Shown here: positions 9,536-18,439 of the stretch, in pieces
Layout: every line of letters starts with the position of its first letter
Position numbering within the stretch: position 1 is the first letter of the stretch
Source: Patescibacteria group bacterium
GTDB lineage: Bacteria; Patescibacteriota; Minisyncoccia; Minisyncoccales; Staskawiczbacteraceae
Assembly: GCA_038065715.1 (NCBI GenBank)
Contig: JBBTQL010000004.1
Location: 35,693-99,692, forward strand
Length of the DNA: 64,000 bases
Direction of reading: 5' to 3'
Position numbers and translations under genes: made by a program
Notes under the pieces: model-generated
Databases searched by the model: none
What the model saw: the letters and a program-made list of their open reading frames with translations, nothing else
Told to the model about the DNA's origin: nothing

Positions 9536-9578
9536 AGCCCCTTGTTTTGCAACTCGCAGAACAAGGGGCTGATTTTTT
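9536..9578 (+). terminator. rho-independent terminator
   Basis: AGCCCCTTGTT-loop-AACAAGGGGCT followed by GATTTTTT. Confidence 0.6.
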
Positions 9579-9632
9579 GAATAATTTGACATTATTATTA
9601 GTATAATAGTATTATAAATAATAATTAAATAT

Positions 9633-9845
9633 ATGTCTAAAAAAGTAATTTTATTAAAATCAACAGTAAGAAGGGAAAAAGGCGTGGTGGTTTTACCTTT
9701 GGAAAAATGGCAGAAACTGGAAAAAGAAAAATATGAACTTAAAGAGGTGGTAAAAGCGGTTTTAGAGGGAGAATTAGCGCTGAGGTCAGGGAAAACCAGG
9801 TCTTTTAGAGATTTTATAAAAGACAAATATGCCAAAGATTTTTAA
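9633..9845 (+). CDS. type II antitoxin (Phd/RelB-like)
   Basis: 70 aa; overlaps downstream RelE/ParE-like ORF by 17 nt; typical TA layout. Confidence 0.5.
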   Translation: MSKKVILLKSTVRREKGVVVLPLEKWQKLEKEKYELKEVVKAVLEGELALRSGKTRSFRDFIKDKYAKDF

Positions 9846-10101
9846 ATCGCATTCTACCCCTCATTTTGAAAGCAAATTTGATAAACTTCCGGAAGATATT
9901 AAAAAAATCGCGCTTAGAAAAATTTTACTTTTTGAAAGTAATTTTCTTCATCCCAGCTTAAATACGCACAAATTAAAAGGGCCCCTTTCTAACTTTTGGG
10001 CTTTTTATATTACTAAAAACTATAGAGTTCTTTTTCAGTTTTTAAAGAATAAAGAAGTCATCTATTATGATATTGATACCCACGATATTTATAAAAAATA
10101 A
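9829..10101 (+). CDS. RelE/ParE family toxin
   Basis: 90 aa; HKLKGPLSNFWAFYITKNYRVLFQF matches RelE/ParE core; paralog at 42414-42671. Confidence 0.65.
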   Translation: MPKIFKSHSTPHFESKFDKLPEDIKKIALRKILLFESNFLHPSLNTHKLKGPLSNFWAFYITKNYRVLFQFLKNKEVIYYDIDTHDIYKK

Positions 10102-10998
10102 ATGGAAACAAAACGGCTTATAATAATTGATTCTAATGCCCTGTTACATAGGGCATTTCATGCTTTGCCGCCTTTAACCAATAAAAAAGGCGAACCAACT
10201 GGAGCTGTTTACGGGTATCTGCTGATTTTATTTAAGGCAATAAAAGATTTAAAAGCAAATTACGTGGTTGCCTGTTTTGACACAAAGGCAAAAACTTTCC
10301 GCCACGAAGAATTTAAAGAATATAAGGCGCATAGAGTTGCCACGCCAGACGGCATAATCTCGCAAATACCAATAGCAAAAAAAGTCCTTCAGGCTTTCAG
10401 GATTCCTGTTTTTGCAAAAGATGGATTTGAAGCAGACGATTTAATTGCAACCATTGCTACAGAAGTCGCTAAAAAAGATAACTTAGAAGTTTATATTTTA
10501 AGCGGCGACTTAGATAATTTACAGCTTGTTTCAAATAATATAAAGGTTTATACTTTAGGTAAGGGCATAAAAGATACCGTGGTTTATGACAAAAATAAAG
10601 TTGTAGAACGTTTTGGAGTGGAGCCTTTGCAGATGAATGATTTTAAAGCGTTAACAGGAGACGCTTCAGATAATATTCCTGGGGTTCCCGGCATTGGCAA
10701 AACAACAGCGGCAGATTTAATACAAAGATACGGCAATATAAAAAATATTTATGACGAGCTTTCAACAGACACAGCTGTTTTAAAACCAAAAATAAAAGAA
10801 GCTTTGAAAAACAATAAAGAGTCAGCTTTTCTTTCTCTCAAGCTAGTAGAAACAAAAAAAAATGTTGATATAGATTTTAAAATTGATGATTGCGAGTTTG
10901 GCAAATTTGATTTTAAAGAAGTTGAAAATATTTTTAGAGAATTAGATTTTAATACTTTAATTGATCGTTTAAAATCAATAACAAACAGTAATTATTAA
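10102..10998 (+). CDS. 5'-3' exonuclease (Pol I N-terminal domain-like, stand-alone)
   Basis: LIIIDSNALLHRAFHALPPL..GEPTGAVYGY and FEADDLIAT motifs of FEN/5'-3' exonuclease family; HhH region. Confidence 0.8.
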   Translation: METKRLIIIDSNALLHRAFHALPPLTNKKGEPTGAVYGYLLILFKAIKDLKANYVVACFDTKAKTFRHEEFKEYKAHRVATPDGIISQIPIAKKVLQAFRIPVFAKDGFEADDLIATIATEVAKKDNLEVYILSGDLDNLQLVSNNIKVYTLGKGIKDTVVYDKNKVVERFGVEPLQMNDFKALTGDASDNIPGVPGIGKTTAADLIQRYGNIKNIYDELSTDTAVLKPKIKEALKNNKESAFLSLKLVETKKNVDIDFKIDDCEFGKFDFKEVENIFRELDFNTLIDRLKSITNSNY

Positions 10999-11013
10999 TT
11001 ACATAAATAAATT

Positions 11014-11610
11014 ATGATGAAAATTACATCAAGGATAGCTTTGCCAATAATACTTGCAGGATTATTTGCGATTGTCTCTTTGATAGCCATAGAATACGAT
11101 AGATTAGATACTAGTTTTTATATAGTATTTTTATTTCTTGCAATATATTTGTTTTTATTTGGTTTTGCTATAGGAGAAAGGGTTTCTCTTCCCGTAAAAA
11201 AAATATTACAAAGGGCAACTGAATTAAGCAAAGGAGATTTAAAATCAAGAATTTATTTAGGGGATAAAGACGAGCTTGGCGAGCTTGCAAAAGTTTTTAA
11301 TAAAATAGCAGAAGAACTTGAAAATAGCCGCCTTGAAGCTGGAAAAACAGAAAATTCGGTTAATATAAAAGTGAAAGCCAGAACAGAATCTTTAGAAGAA
11401 ACAATAAAAGCGTTAGAACAAAAAGTCGGGAATAGGGCTTTAGAGCTTGATAAAATAATAAATGAATCTAAAAAAATGCAGGAGATAGCGGCTAAAAAAG
11501 AGATGGAGGCTTTAGAATTAAAAAATGAGCTTTTATTTTTAAAAGAAAAAGCAAAAAGATATAAATCTAAGAAATGTCCGGTTCCGGTAAATGAGGATAA
11601 CGGACAATAA
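11014..11610 (+). CDS. membrane protein with HAMP domain and coiled coil
   Basis: Two N-terminal TM helices then HAMP-like LPVKKILQRATELSKGDLKSRIYLGDKDELGELAKVFNKIAEEL, coiled-coil tail. Confidence 0.5.
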   Translation: MMKITSRIALPIILAGLFAIVSLIAIEYDRLDTSFYIVFLFLAIYLFLFGFAIGERVSLPVKKILQRATELSKGDLKSRIYLGDKDELGELAKVFNKIAEELENSRLEAGKTENSVNIKVKARTESLEETIKALEQKVGNRALELDKIINESKKMQEIAAKKEMEALELKNELLFLKEKAKRYKSKKCPVPVNEDNGQ

Positions 11611-11619
11611 TAAAAAAAG

Positions 11620-12513
11620 ATGCCAGAGCTTCCAGAAGTAGAAACAACGGTGCGCGGTTTAAATTCAAAGGTCCTAAAAAGGGCCTTTGTTGATGTGTGG
11701 TCAGATTGGGAAAGAATAATTAAAAAACCAGACAATTTTGAAGTTTTTAAAAAAAATATAAAAGGTAAAAAAATAGAAAAAATATGGCGCCGCGCTAAAA
11801 ATATTATTTTTGATTTATCTGAAGAAAGTTCTCTTTTAATCCACCAAAAAATGACAGGCCATCTTTTGCATGGAACATGGAACATAAAACATGAAACATG
11901 GACGCCGGCTGAAAAAGGTCCATTGAATGACCCGATGAATCGTTTTATTCATTTAATATTTTTTTTAGACAATGGAAAAATGCTCGCTTTGTCTGATGCA
12001 AGAAAATTTGCCAAAGTTGAATTATGGAAAACAGAAGAATTATTAAAAGAATTTGATAATTTAGGGCCAGAACCGCTGGACAAAAATTTTACTTTTGAAA
12101 AGTTTAAAGAAAGATTGTTGCGGCAAAACCCGCCTTCGCCAAGGCTTCGGCGGGGCAAAGTAAAACAGGTTTTAATGAATCCAGAAATAATTGCAGGCAT
12201 TGGAAATATTTATTCTTCAGAGGCATTGTGGCATGCAAAAATACATCCAGAAAAAGAAATCCAAAAATTAAATGGCAAAGAACTAAAAAATATTTATAAT
12301 TCTATTAAAAAAGTTTTAGAGTTGGGGGTGAAATTGGGAGGAGAAAGTTTCTCAGACTACAGAAAACCAGACGGCAGCAAAGGAAATTTTGACACAGAAA
12401 GAAGGGCTTATAAAAGGGAGGGGCAAAAATGCCATAGATGCGGGACAAAAATAAAAAGAATAAAATTTGGCGGCAGAAGCGCATTTTTTTGCCCCCACTG
12501 CCAAAAACTATGA
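11620..12513 (+). CDS. mutM: formamidopyrimidine-DNA glycosylase (Fpg/MutM)
   Basis: MPELPEVETTVRGL N-terminus; C-terminal zinc finger CHRCGTKIKRIKFGGRSAFFCPHCQ; carries GC-rich in-frame insert at 12130-12155. Confidence 0.9.
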   Translation: MPELPEVETTVRGLNSKVLKRAFVDVWSDWERIIKKPDNFEVFKKNIKGKKIEKIWRRAKNIIFDLSEESSLLIHQKMTGHLLHGTWNIKHETWTPAEKGPLNDPMNRFIHLIFFLDNGKMLALSDARKFAKVELWKTEELLKEFDNLGPEPLDKNFTFEKFKERLLRQNPPSPRLRRGKVKQVLMNPEIIAGIGNIYSSEALWHAKIHPEKEIQKLNGKELKNIYNSIKKVLELGVKLGGESFSDYRKPDGSKGNFDTERRAYKREGQKCHRCGTKIKRIKFGGRSAFFCPHCQKL

Positions 12514-12526
12514 TAAAAGCAAAAAA

Positions 12527-13331
12527 TAGAGACCCGATCTCGCACAACTCACACAAAAAAATACTATGCCATATAGAAAAGAACAATTTGTGAACGGAGA
12601 TATTTATCACATTACCAATAGAGCAATTGATGATAACTTAATTTTTAAAGATAAAAACGATTATTATCGCGGTATTTTTTCTATTTATGAATTTAATAAT
12701 GAAAAACCTGTGAATATATCTAATAGAAGACGAGATCGGATTGTCGAAAAAGAAAGAGAAAAACCGTGTGAGACCGGGTCTCATGCGAAGCTTTCTTCGG
12801 ATGAAAGGGAAAAGTTGGTGGATATTTTTGCATTTTGTTTTATGCCAAATCATATTCATCTTTTGGTAAAACAGCTGGAAGATAATGGAATAACTAATTT
12901 TATGAAAAAAGTCGGCATAGGATATGGAGGTTATTTTAATAGAAAATATCAGCGCAAAGGTTATGTTTTCCAAAACAGATTTAAATCAGTTCACATAGAG
13001 AATGACAATCAATTTATGGTGGTTGTGCCGTACATATTTACAAATCCCACCGCATTAATAGAGCCAGGGTGGAAAGGACAGGGGATCAAAAATCACTCCA
13101 CCAAAGAGGTGCTTAAATTTTTAGAAGAATACAAGTGGTCAAGTTATCAAGATTGTATTGGAATTAAGAATTTTGATTCTGTCACACAAAGAGATTTTTT
13201 ATTAGAAATGATGGCAGGCAAACAAGGTTGTAAAGACGCAGTTGAAAATTGGATAAAAAATAAAGTCGAAATTGGACAGCACGCAAATATTTTATTAGAT
13301 TAAAAACCGTGTGAGATCGGGTCTCACACAG
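12527..13331 (+). mobile_element. RAYT/IS200-like HuH transposase unit flanked by REP-like hairpins
   Basis: GAGACCCGATCTC.. at 12529-12554 is inverted copy of ..GTGTGAGATCGGGTCTCACAC at 13306-13330; third near-identical copy inside the ORF at 12761-12788. Confidence 0.5.
12566..13303 (+). CDS. Y1 HuH tyrosine transposase (IS200/IS605 TnpA-like / REP-associated tyrosine transposase)
   Basis: 245 aa; HuH motif FMPNHIHLLV; C-terminal GGYFNRKYQRKGYVFQNRF resembles catalytic-Tyr/GxLWQxRF region of Y1 transposases. Confidence 0.7.
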   Translation: MPYRKEQFVNGDIYHITNRAIDDNLIFKDKNDYYRGIFSIYEFNNEKPVNISNRRRDRIVEKEREKPCETGSHAKLSSDEREKLVDIFAFCFMPNHIHLLVKQLEDNGITNFMKKVGIGYGGYFNRKYQRKGYVFQNRFKSVHIENDNQFMVVVPYIFTNPTALIEPGWKGQGIKNHSTKEVLKFLEEYKWSSYQDCIGIKNFDSVTQRDFLLEMMAGKQGCKDAVENWIKNKVEIGQHANILLD

Positions 13332-13332
13332 C

Positions 13333-14316
13333 TTGCTAAAAATGATTTATTTTATTTACGGGGAAGATTCTTACAGGTCAAAAAAGAAATTAGAAGAGAT
13401 AATTTTAGGTTACAAAAAAGTCCATAAATCAGGATTAAATTTGGTTTATGTTGATGCTGGTAAAACAGACTTTAATGATTTTTACAGCAATTTTAAAATT
13501 ACCTCAATGTTTGCTGAAAAAAAACTGATAGTTTTAAAAAATGTTTTTTCTCGCCCTGAACGCGCCGAAGGGCCAAGTCAAAAGTTTCAGGAGGAGTTTT
13601 TAGAAAATTTTAAAAATTTAGAAAAAATTGAAGATATAATTATTGTTTTTGAATATGATGCGGTTGATGAAAGAAAAAAGCTTTTTAAAATTTTAAAAAA
13701 AGAAACAAAATGCCAGGAGCTCTCTTTTCTTTTTGGGCTAAGCCTAAAAAAATGGGCAAAAGAGGAGTTCGAAAAAAACAAAACAAAAATTAATCCTGAC
13801 GCAGAAGACTTGCTTTTGGCTTTTACGGGAAACGATCTCTGGCAATTAGCAAATGAGATAAATAAATTATCAAATTATAAAAGAGAGGGGTACTCGCTGC
13901 CAGGTCTTATAAAAAAAGAAGATGTTGAGCTTTTAGTAAGGCCTAAGTTAGAAAATGATATTTTTAAAACAATTGAAGCCATGGCTCAAAAAAATAAAAA
14001 AGAAGCTTTTTCTTTATTGCATAAGCATATTGAAAATGGAGACAACGCCCTTTATCTGCTTTCAATGATTGCCTACCAGTTTAAAAATCTTTTAATAATA
14101 AAAGAACTTATTGAAAAACGCCTGCCCTATGCTGTTGTTTCAAAAAACAGCGGGCTTCACCCGTTTGTTGTTAAAAAAACATATTATTTGTGCGGCCAGT
14201 TTTCATTTAACGAACTAAAAAAAATCTACCAAAAAATTTTTCAGGCAGATTTAGATATTAAAACAGGTAAGATTGATCCAGAACTCACCTTAGATTTATT
14301 AGTTTCAGAAGTATAG
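13333..14316 (+). CDS. holA: DNA polymerase III delta subunit
   Basis: N-terminus (M)IYFIYGEDSYRSKKKLEEII and FAEKKLIVLKN typical of HolA; ~325 aa. Confidence 0.65.
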   Translation: MLKMIYFIYGEDSYRSKKKLEEIILGYKKVHKSGLNLVYVDAGKTDFNDFYSNFKITSMFAEKKLIVLKNVFSRPERAEGPSQKFQEEFLENFKNLEKIEDIIIVFEYDAVDERKKLFKILKKETKCQELSFLFGLSLKKWAKEEFEKNKTKINPDAEDLLLAFTGNDLWQLANEINKLSNYKREGYSLPGLIKKEDVELLVRPKLENDIFKTIEAMAQKNKKEAFSLLHKHIENGDNALYLLSMIAYQFKNLLIIKELIEKRLPYAVVSKNSGLHPFVVKKTYYLCGQFSFNELKKIYQKIFQADLDIKTGKIDPELTLDLLVSEV

Positions 14317-14322
14317 TTATTT

Positions 14323-14583
14323 TTATTTTTTTTCTATCAATCTTGTTAATCTGGATTTTTTTCTTGACGCGGCATTCTTTTTTATAACCCCCTTTTTTGC
14401 CGCTTTATCTAAAATAGAATAAACCTCTGATAATAGTTTTTTTACTTCAACAGATTTTTTTTCTAAAACCAAACTGCGGGCCTCTTTAATGAGGCTTTTC
14501 ATTTTGTTTTTATAAACAAGATTTTGCTCTTTTCGCCTTGCGTTTTGGCGAATAGCTTTTTTAGCTGATTTTGTTATAGCCAT
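14323..14583 (-). CDS. rpsT: 30S ribosomal protein S20
   Basis: MAITKSAKKAIRQNARRKEQN...; 86 aa basic protein. Confidence 0.9.
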   Translation of the reverse strand: MAITKSAKKAIRQNARRKEQNLVYKNKMKSLIKEARSLVLEKKSVEVKKLLSEVYSILDKAAKKGVIKKNAASRKKSRLTRLIEKK

Positions 14584-14629
14584 AATTTTTTATTTTATAT
14601 AAAAAAAGCATATCACATAATTATTATTT

Positions 14630-14658
14630 TTGCAATAGTTGAAGCTTTGTGCTATATT
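14630..14658 (+). promoter_or_regulatory. sigma70-like promoter (TTGCAA-17-TATATT)
   Basis: Hexamers with 17-bp spacer ~65 nt upstream of radical SAM gene; followed by leader hairpin and AAGGGAG RBS. Confidence 0.4.
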
Positions 14659-14724
14659 GTAAAAACAGTTTTTTACTTGCCCGTGTGGGCAGGTTTCGCA
14701 CATTGACATTAAGGGAGCTCAGAA

Positions 14725-16302
14725 ATGATTAGCAAACAAAAAAACAACGATTGGCGGTTGATAAGGATTATTGTTCCTGCGTCTAAGAGAGAAACTATAT
14801 ATAGCAGACCATTAAAGATTACTACATCTTTGGCGGCTGTGATTTTAGCAACTATTATCAATAAGATTTGGGGATGGAGGGTTGAGATAATAGATGAAAA
14901 CAATTTTAGGAGCGGTCCTTTAGATAAAAACGGTTTGCCAGACCATGCAGTTTTGCAAAGAGAAAATCCAGCTGTATTGGTTGGATTTTACTGCGGTTTA
15001 AGCAGCCAGATTGACAGAGTTTGGGATTTGGCCAAACTTTATAAAGAACAAGGAGTGGCCACTGTAGCAGGCTCTTGGCATTCTCACTATTTGCCAGAAG
15101 AAACCTTACGCCACGATATTGATTTAGTTGTGCACGGCGATGGAGAACCTGTGATAAAAAGAATTATCTCTAACTTCAGCGACGGAAAGCCTTTGTGGCA
15201 ATCTGTTCCAGGAGTTTCTTTTTTGAGAGATGGTAAAGTTTATCACAACTCTTTAAGCTTGCAAGAAATTCAAGGTATTCCAGATGAAGATGAATTTTTG
15301 AATGGCTTAATGAATAAGGCTTTTGACTTAAGCGACCAGCCCTATCCAGACTTTGGTTTAGTAAAACTTGCAAAAATCAAAATATACCCGATAGGTCGCA
15401 TTAGGGGGTGCAGTTTTAGATGCGAGTTTTGCAGTGTTAGGGGTTCTGCTAGATGGGCAAGCCCAGAATATTTATTTGGAACAGTTAATTGGCTGGTTCA
15501 AACAAGAAAAGCAAAAGAGTTTTTTATTGTTGACGACAGGCTTGAAGAAGATATTGAAGGCACAATAAGGTTTTTTGAAATGATTGCTAAAAAGTACGGC
15601 AACAAACTCAGTTTTATTGTGCAAGTTCGTCTTGGAGCCGCAGAAAATACAAGGCTCTTAGAGGTAATGGAAAAAGCAGGAGTTAGAGTTGTTTGTATTG
15701 GGTATGAATCTCCGATTCAAGAAGAATTGAAGGCAATGCGCAAAGGAGTGGCGGCAGAGAAAATGCTTGAACTAACTAGAATCTGGCGGAAACATTTTAG
15801 GATTCACGGAATGTTTATAGTTGGTTTTCCTCTGCAAGACAACCAACCGTCTCCGCCAGCAAAGAAAATTTACAAAGTCTACAAGGATTTTGTAAGAAAA
15901 GCTGGCATAGACAGCGTTCAGTTTCTTGTGGCAGGGCCGGTGCCGGGGTCTGACCTTAAAAAAAGGTTGAAAAAAGATCAAAGACTGCCCTTTTCTGACC
16001 AAGAAATGTCGTTGGCTGGCGATGGAAATTTTGTTTTGTTCAAACCAATTGGCATAACTGCAACAGAGCTTCAAAATACTACCATGCGGCTAATGAGATG
16101 GTTTTACGGGCCTCTGAACATTCCCAGATTTGTTTTTAGGCTCTTGTCTTTTCCATTTGATTGGCTGATAAGAGGATGGCAAAATTGGTACAAAGACTGG
16201 TGTAGAGACAAAATAAAACTTGGAGGCCATTATTTGTTAAGAAAATGGCAAAGAAGAAAAGAAGTAGCAGAGCTTTTGGAAGAGATTAAAAAGCGATGCT
16301 AA
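14725..16302 (+). CDS. B12-binding domain radical SAM protein
   Basis: 525 aa; Cx3Cx2C motif RIRGCSFRCEFCSV; N-terminal B12-binding-like region. Confidence 0.7.
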   Translation: MISKQKNNDWRLIRIIVPASKRETIYSRPLKITTSLAAVILATIINKIWGWRVEIIDENNFRSGPLDKNGLPDHAVLQRENPAVLVGFYCGLSSQIDRVWDLAKLYKEQGVATVAGSWHSHYLPEETLRHDIDLVVHGDGEPVIKRIISNFSDGKPLWQSVPGVSFLRDGKVYHNSLSLQEIQGIPDEDEFLNGLMNKAFDLSDQPYPDFGLVKLAKIKIYPIGRIRGCSFRCEFCSVRGSARWASPEYLFGTVNWLVQTRKAKEFFIVDDRLEEDIEGTIRFFEMIAKKYGNKLSFIVQVRLGAAENTRLLEVMEKAGVRVVCIGYESPIQEELKAMRKGVAAEKMLELTRIWRKHFRIHGMFIVGFPLQDNQPSPPAKKIYKVYKDFVRKAGIDSVQFLVAGPVPGSDLKKRLKKDQRLPFSDQEMSLAGDGNFVLFKPIGITATELQNTTMRLMRWFYGPLNIPRFVFRLLSFPFDWLIRGWQNWYKDWCRDKIKLGGHYLLRKWQRRKEVAELLEEIKKRC

Positions 16303-16310
16303 TAATTGCA

Positions 16311-16337
16311 GACGAACGAAAGTTCGTCTTTTTTTTG
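16311..16337 (+). terminator. rho-independent terminator
   Basis: GACGAAC-GAAA-GTTCGTC followed by TTTTTTTTT. Confidence 0.6.
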
Positions 16338-16354
16338 AGTGGCTTGTTAGAAGT

Positions 16355-16383
16355 TTGACGTAATATGTGGCAAGTGGTAAAAT
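16355..16383 (+). promoter_or_regulatory. sigma70-like promoter (TTGACG-17-TAAAAT)
   Basis: Consensus-like hexamers with 17-bp spacer, 36 nt upstream of 16420 ORF. Confidence 0.45.
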
Positions 16384-16419
16384 TAAGTAAACTTTTTAAA
16401 AATAAAAAATAAAAAAAAT

Positions 16420-18360
16420 ATGGGAGAAAAACCAAACAGAGGAGAAAATGCCAAAAATATACAAATGGTAAAAAATATGGCCGAACAAGCCAAAGCACTT
16501 GAAGATAGTCAAGCTTCAACTAATCCAGAAATAACTCCACCGCAACTTCCACCAAAACCAGACGGAAGTCCAATACCTCCAGAAATTTTTGCTGGAGGTT
16601 TAAAAGGAGTAAAAGCGCCAGCGGAAGAGCTTGTTGGACAGGGAAAATTAGAAAATGTAATTAAACCCAACGAGTCTTTTATCGAAAGTGAAAAAAAATA
16701 TTTTCAAACAAAAGCATATTTTGAAAGATTGATAGAAGCTACTAATGACAAATTAGAAGAATTAAGTTTTAATTTGAAAGAAGGAAAAGGCGCGAAAGAA
16801 GACACAAAAAATGAAATAGCCGATGTAAAAAAAGATTATAAAAAAGTCTCGGATTTGCTTCACGATTTAGAAAACGGAAAAACCGAACAAGTAAAGGTAT
16901 TTATTGCCGACAGGCTGGAATTGGCAAAAAAACAAATTGAGATAGGAGAAATAAAAGAAGATGACGATAAATATACTCATCTTTTAGAGCTTGCTGAAGA
17001 GCTTGGTATACAGAAGGAGGCAGAAAAAGAAAATAAACCTCAAGTTACAGAAAAATTAATTCAGCCAAATGGAAATATAGAAGATGACAGCACAAAAAAA
17101 GTTTTAGATGCGGCAAAAGAAAAATTAGAAAAACAAAGACAAATTTTAGAGTCAGCTTATGGTTCTGGAGATAACACAATAGATGTTGGTGCAGAAGCGA
17201 AGCTAATTGTCAGCCAATTTGAAACGCCCCTGCTAGAGGAAATACCAGTTCCAAAAACAGAGGTTGAGCCGCTTGTTACAGAATCAAGTTTAGAAGAAGA
17301 AAAAGAACAGGGAGAAGCTGTTGTTAGTCCTGATGGCAAATTTATTTACATTAATGGAGAAAAAGAAAAGCCAGCCGTAGAAGAAAAGGTTAGAGTGGAA
17401 TCTGAAGAAGACAGAGAAAAAAGAGAAAAAGCAGAAGCACAGCTGGCTGAAGAAATGCGCTTGCAAAAAATCAAAGAAGCAAAAGAAGAATTAATAAAAA
17501 CAGCAGAGCAGATAAAAACTGCAGTTGCAGAAAAAAATAAAAGCAGTGAGGCGTTGTTATTAGAATCTGCCAAGGGGCCTTTTGAAACAGCAACTGGAGA
17601 AAATTTAGAAAGAAAGAGCGGTGAAAGAGCAGAATTGGTGGCTAAAGAAACAATGAATTGTAAAAGAGTAACTGTGGCAGAATATCTGCAAGAAAATACA
17701 AAAAAAGAAACAGGCATTGCTGAACAAAAACAGAGATTTAAAGCATTAAAAAAATATTGGGCTAATTTATCTAAGGAAGAACAAATACAATATGTTCATG
17801 ACGGTAAAGTTGATGCAAATAAAGTCGCTGTAGATTTGGATAAAAAAATAAATGATAAAAAAGCGGAGTTAGGTAAAAAAGGAATAGAACTTTCTACAAA
17901 TGCATTTTATGCAATGATTGATAATGGATTAAGGCCAGAAGAAATCAAGATATATAAACCATGGTATTCCTCCGTGTTTAAAATAGAAATTCCGCGTTTG
18001 TCTAAAAGAGATAAAAGCGGACCGGCTAAATATTCAGAAAAAGATTTTGCGGAGGAAATTAAAGAGATAGAGGGTGTTTTTAATAAATCAATTAGAAGCG
18101 ATGCAAGAGCCCAACTCGAAAGAAAAATTATATCAGGCAAGAATATATGGAAACAAATAAAGCAAAAGTGCATGAGAAATATAATTGAAGAAACAGCTGA
18201 TGAATATAAAAAACAACAAGAGAATCTGCAGGAAGAACAGGCCGAAAACGCCACAAATAATGTTGCGCCAGAAGTTAAAGTCAGGCGAAGAAAAAATCGA
18301 TTTACTGCGCCAAAAGCTGAGGGTAGACATAAAATAATAAAGAAAAAAAGTAAAAAATAA
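16420..18360 (+). CDS. large E/K-rich coiled-coil protein, function unknown
   Basis: 646 aa uninterrupted ORF; low-complexity charged repeats; own promoter and terminators. Confidence 0.5.
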   Translation: MGEKPNRGENAKNIQMVKNMAEQAKALEDSQASTNPEITPPQLPPKPDGSPIPPEIFAGGLKGVKAPAEELVGQGKLENVIKPNESFIESEKKYFQTKAYFERLIEATNDKLEELSFNLKEGKGAKEDTKNEIADVKKDYKKVSDLLHDLENGKTEQVKVFIADRLELAKKQIEIGEIKEDDDKYTHLLELAEELGIQKEAEKENKPQVTEKLIQPNGNIEDDSTKKVLDAAKEKLEKQRQILESAYGSGDNTIDVGAEAKLIVSQFETPLLEEIPVPKTEVEPLVTESSLEEEKEQGEAVVSPDGKFIYINGEKEKPAVEEKVRVESEEDREKREKAEAQLAEEMRLQKIKEAKEELIKTAEQIKTAVAEKNKSSEALLLESAKGPFETATGENLERKSGERAELVAKETMNCKRVTVAEYLQENTKKETGIAEQKQRFKALKKYWANLSKEEQIQYVHDGKVDANKVAVDLDKKINDKKAELGKKGIELSTNAFYAMIDNGLRPEEIKIYKPWYSSVFKIEIPRLSKRDKSGPAKYSEKDFAEEIKEIEGVFNKSIRSDARAQLERKIISGKNIWKQIKQKCMRNIIEETADEYKKQQENLQEEQAENATNNVAPEVKVRRRKNRFTAPKAEGRHKIIKKKSKK

Positions 18361-18371
18361 TATAAAAAAAG

Positions 18372-18412
18372 AGAGCTGAGGCCAATAAATTGGCTTCAGC
18401 TCTTTGCGTTTT
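18372..18412. terminator. bidirectional intrinsic terminator
   Basis: AGAGCTGAGGCC...GGCTTCAGCTCT stem then T-rich tract, between convergent genes. Confidence 0.5.
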
Positions 18413-18439
18413 CCCTATTCCCGATGATTCGGAGAACTG

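Noticed and set aside
9503-9835. 110-aa minus-strand ORF spanning the candidate sRNA and terminator
   Set aside because: No RBS; runs antisense through a terminator hairpin and AT-rich promoter region; low-complexity translation.
11253-11885. 210-aa minus-strand ORF antisense to the HAMP protein and fpg
   Set aside because: Antisense to two well-supported genes; S/F-rich low-complexity translation typical of an AT-rich reverse frame.
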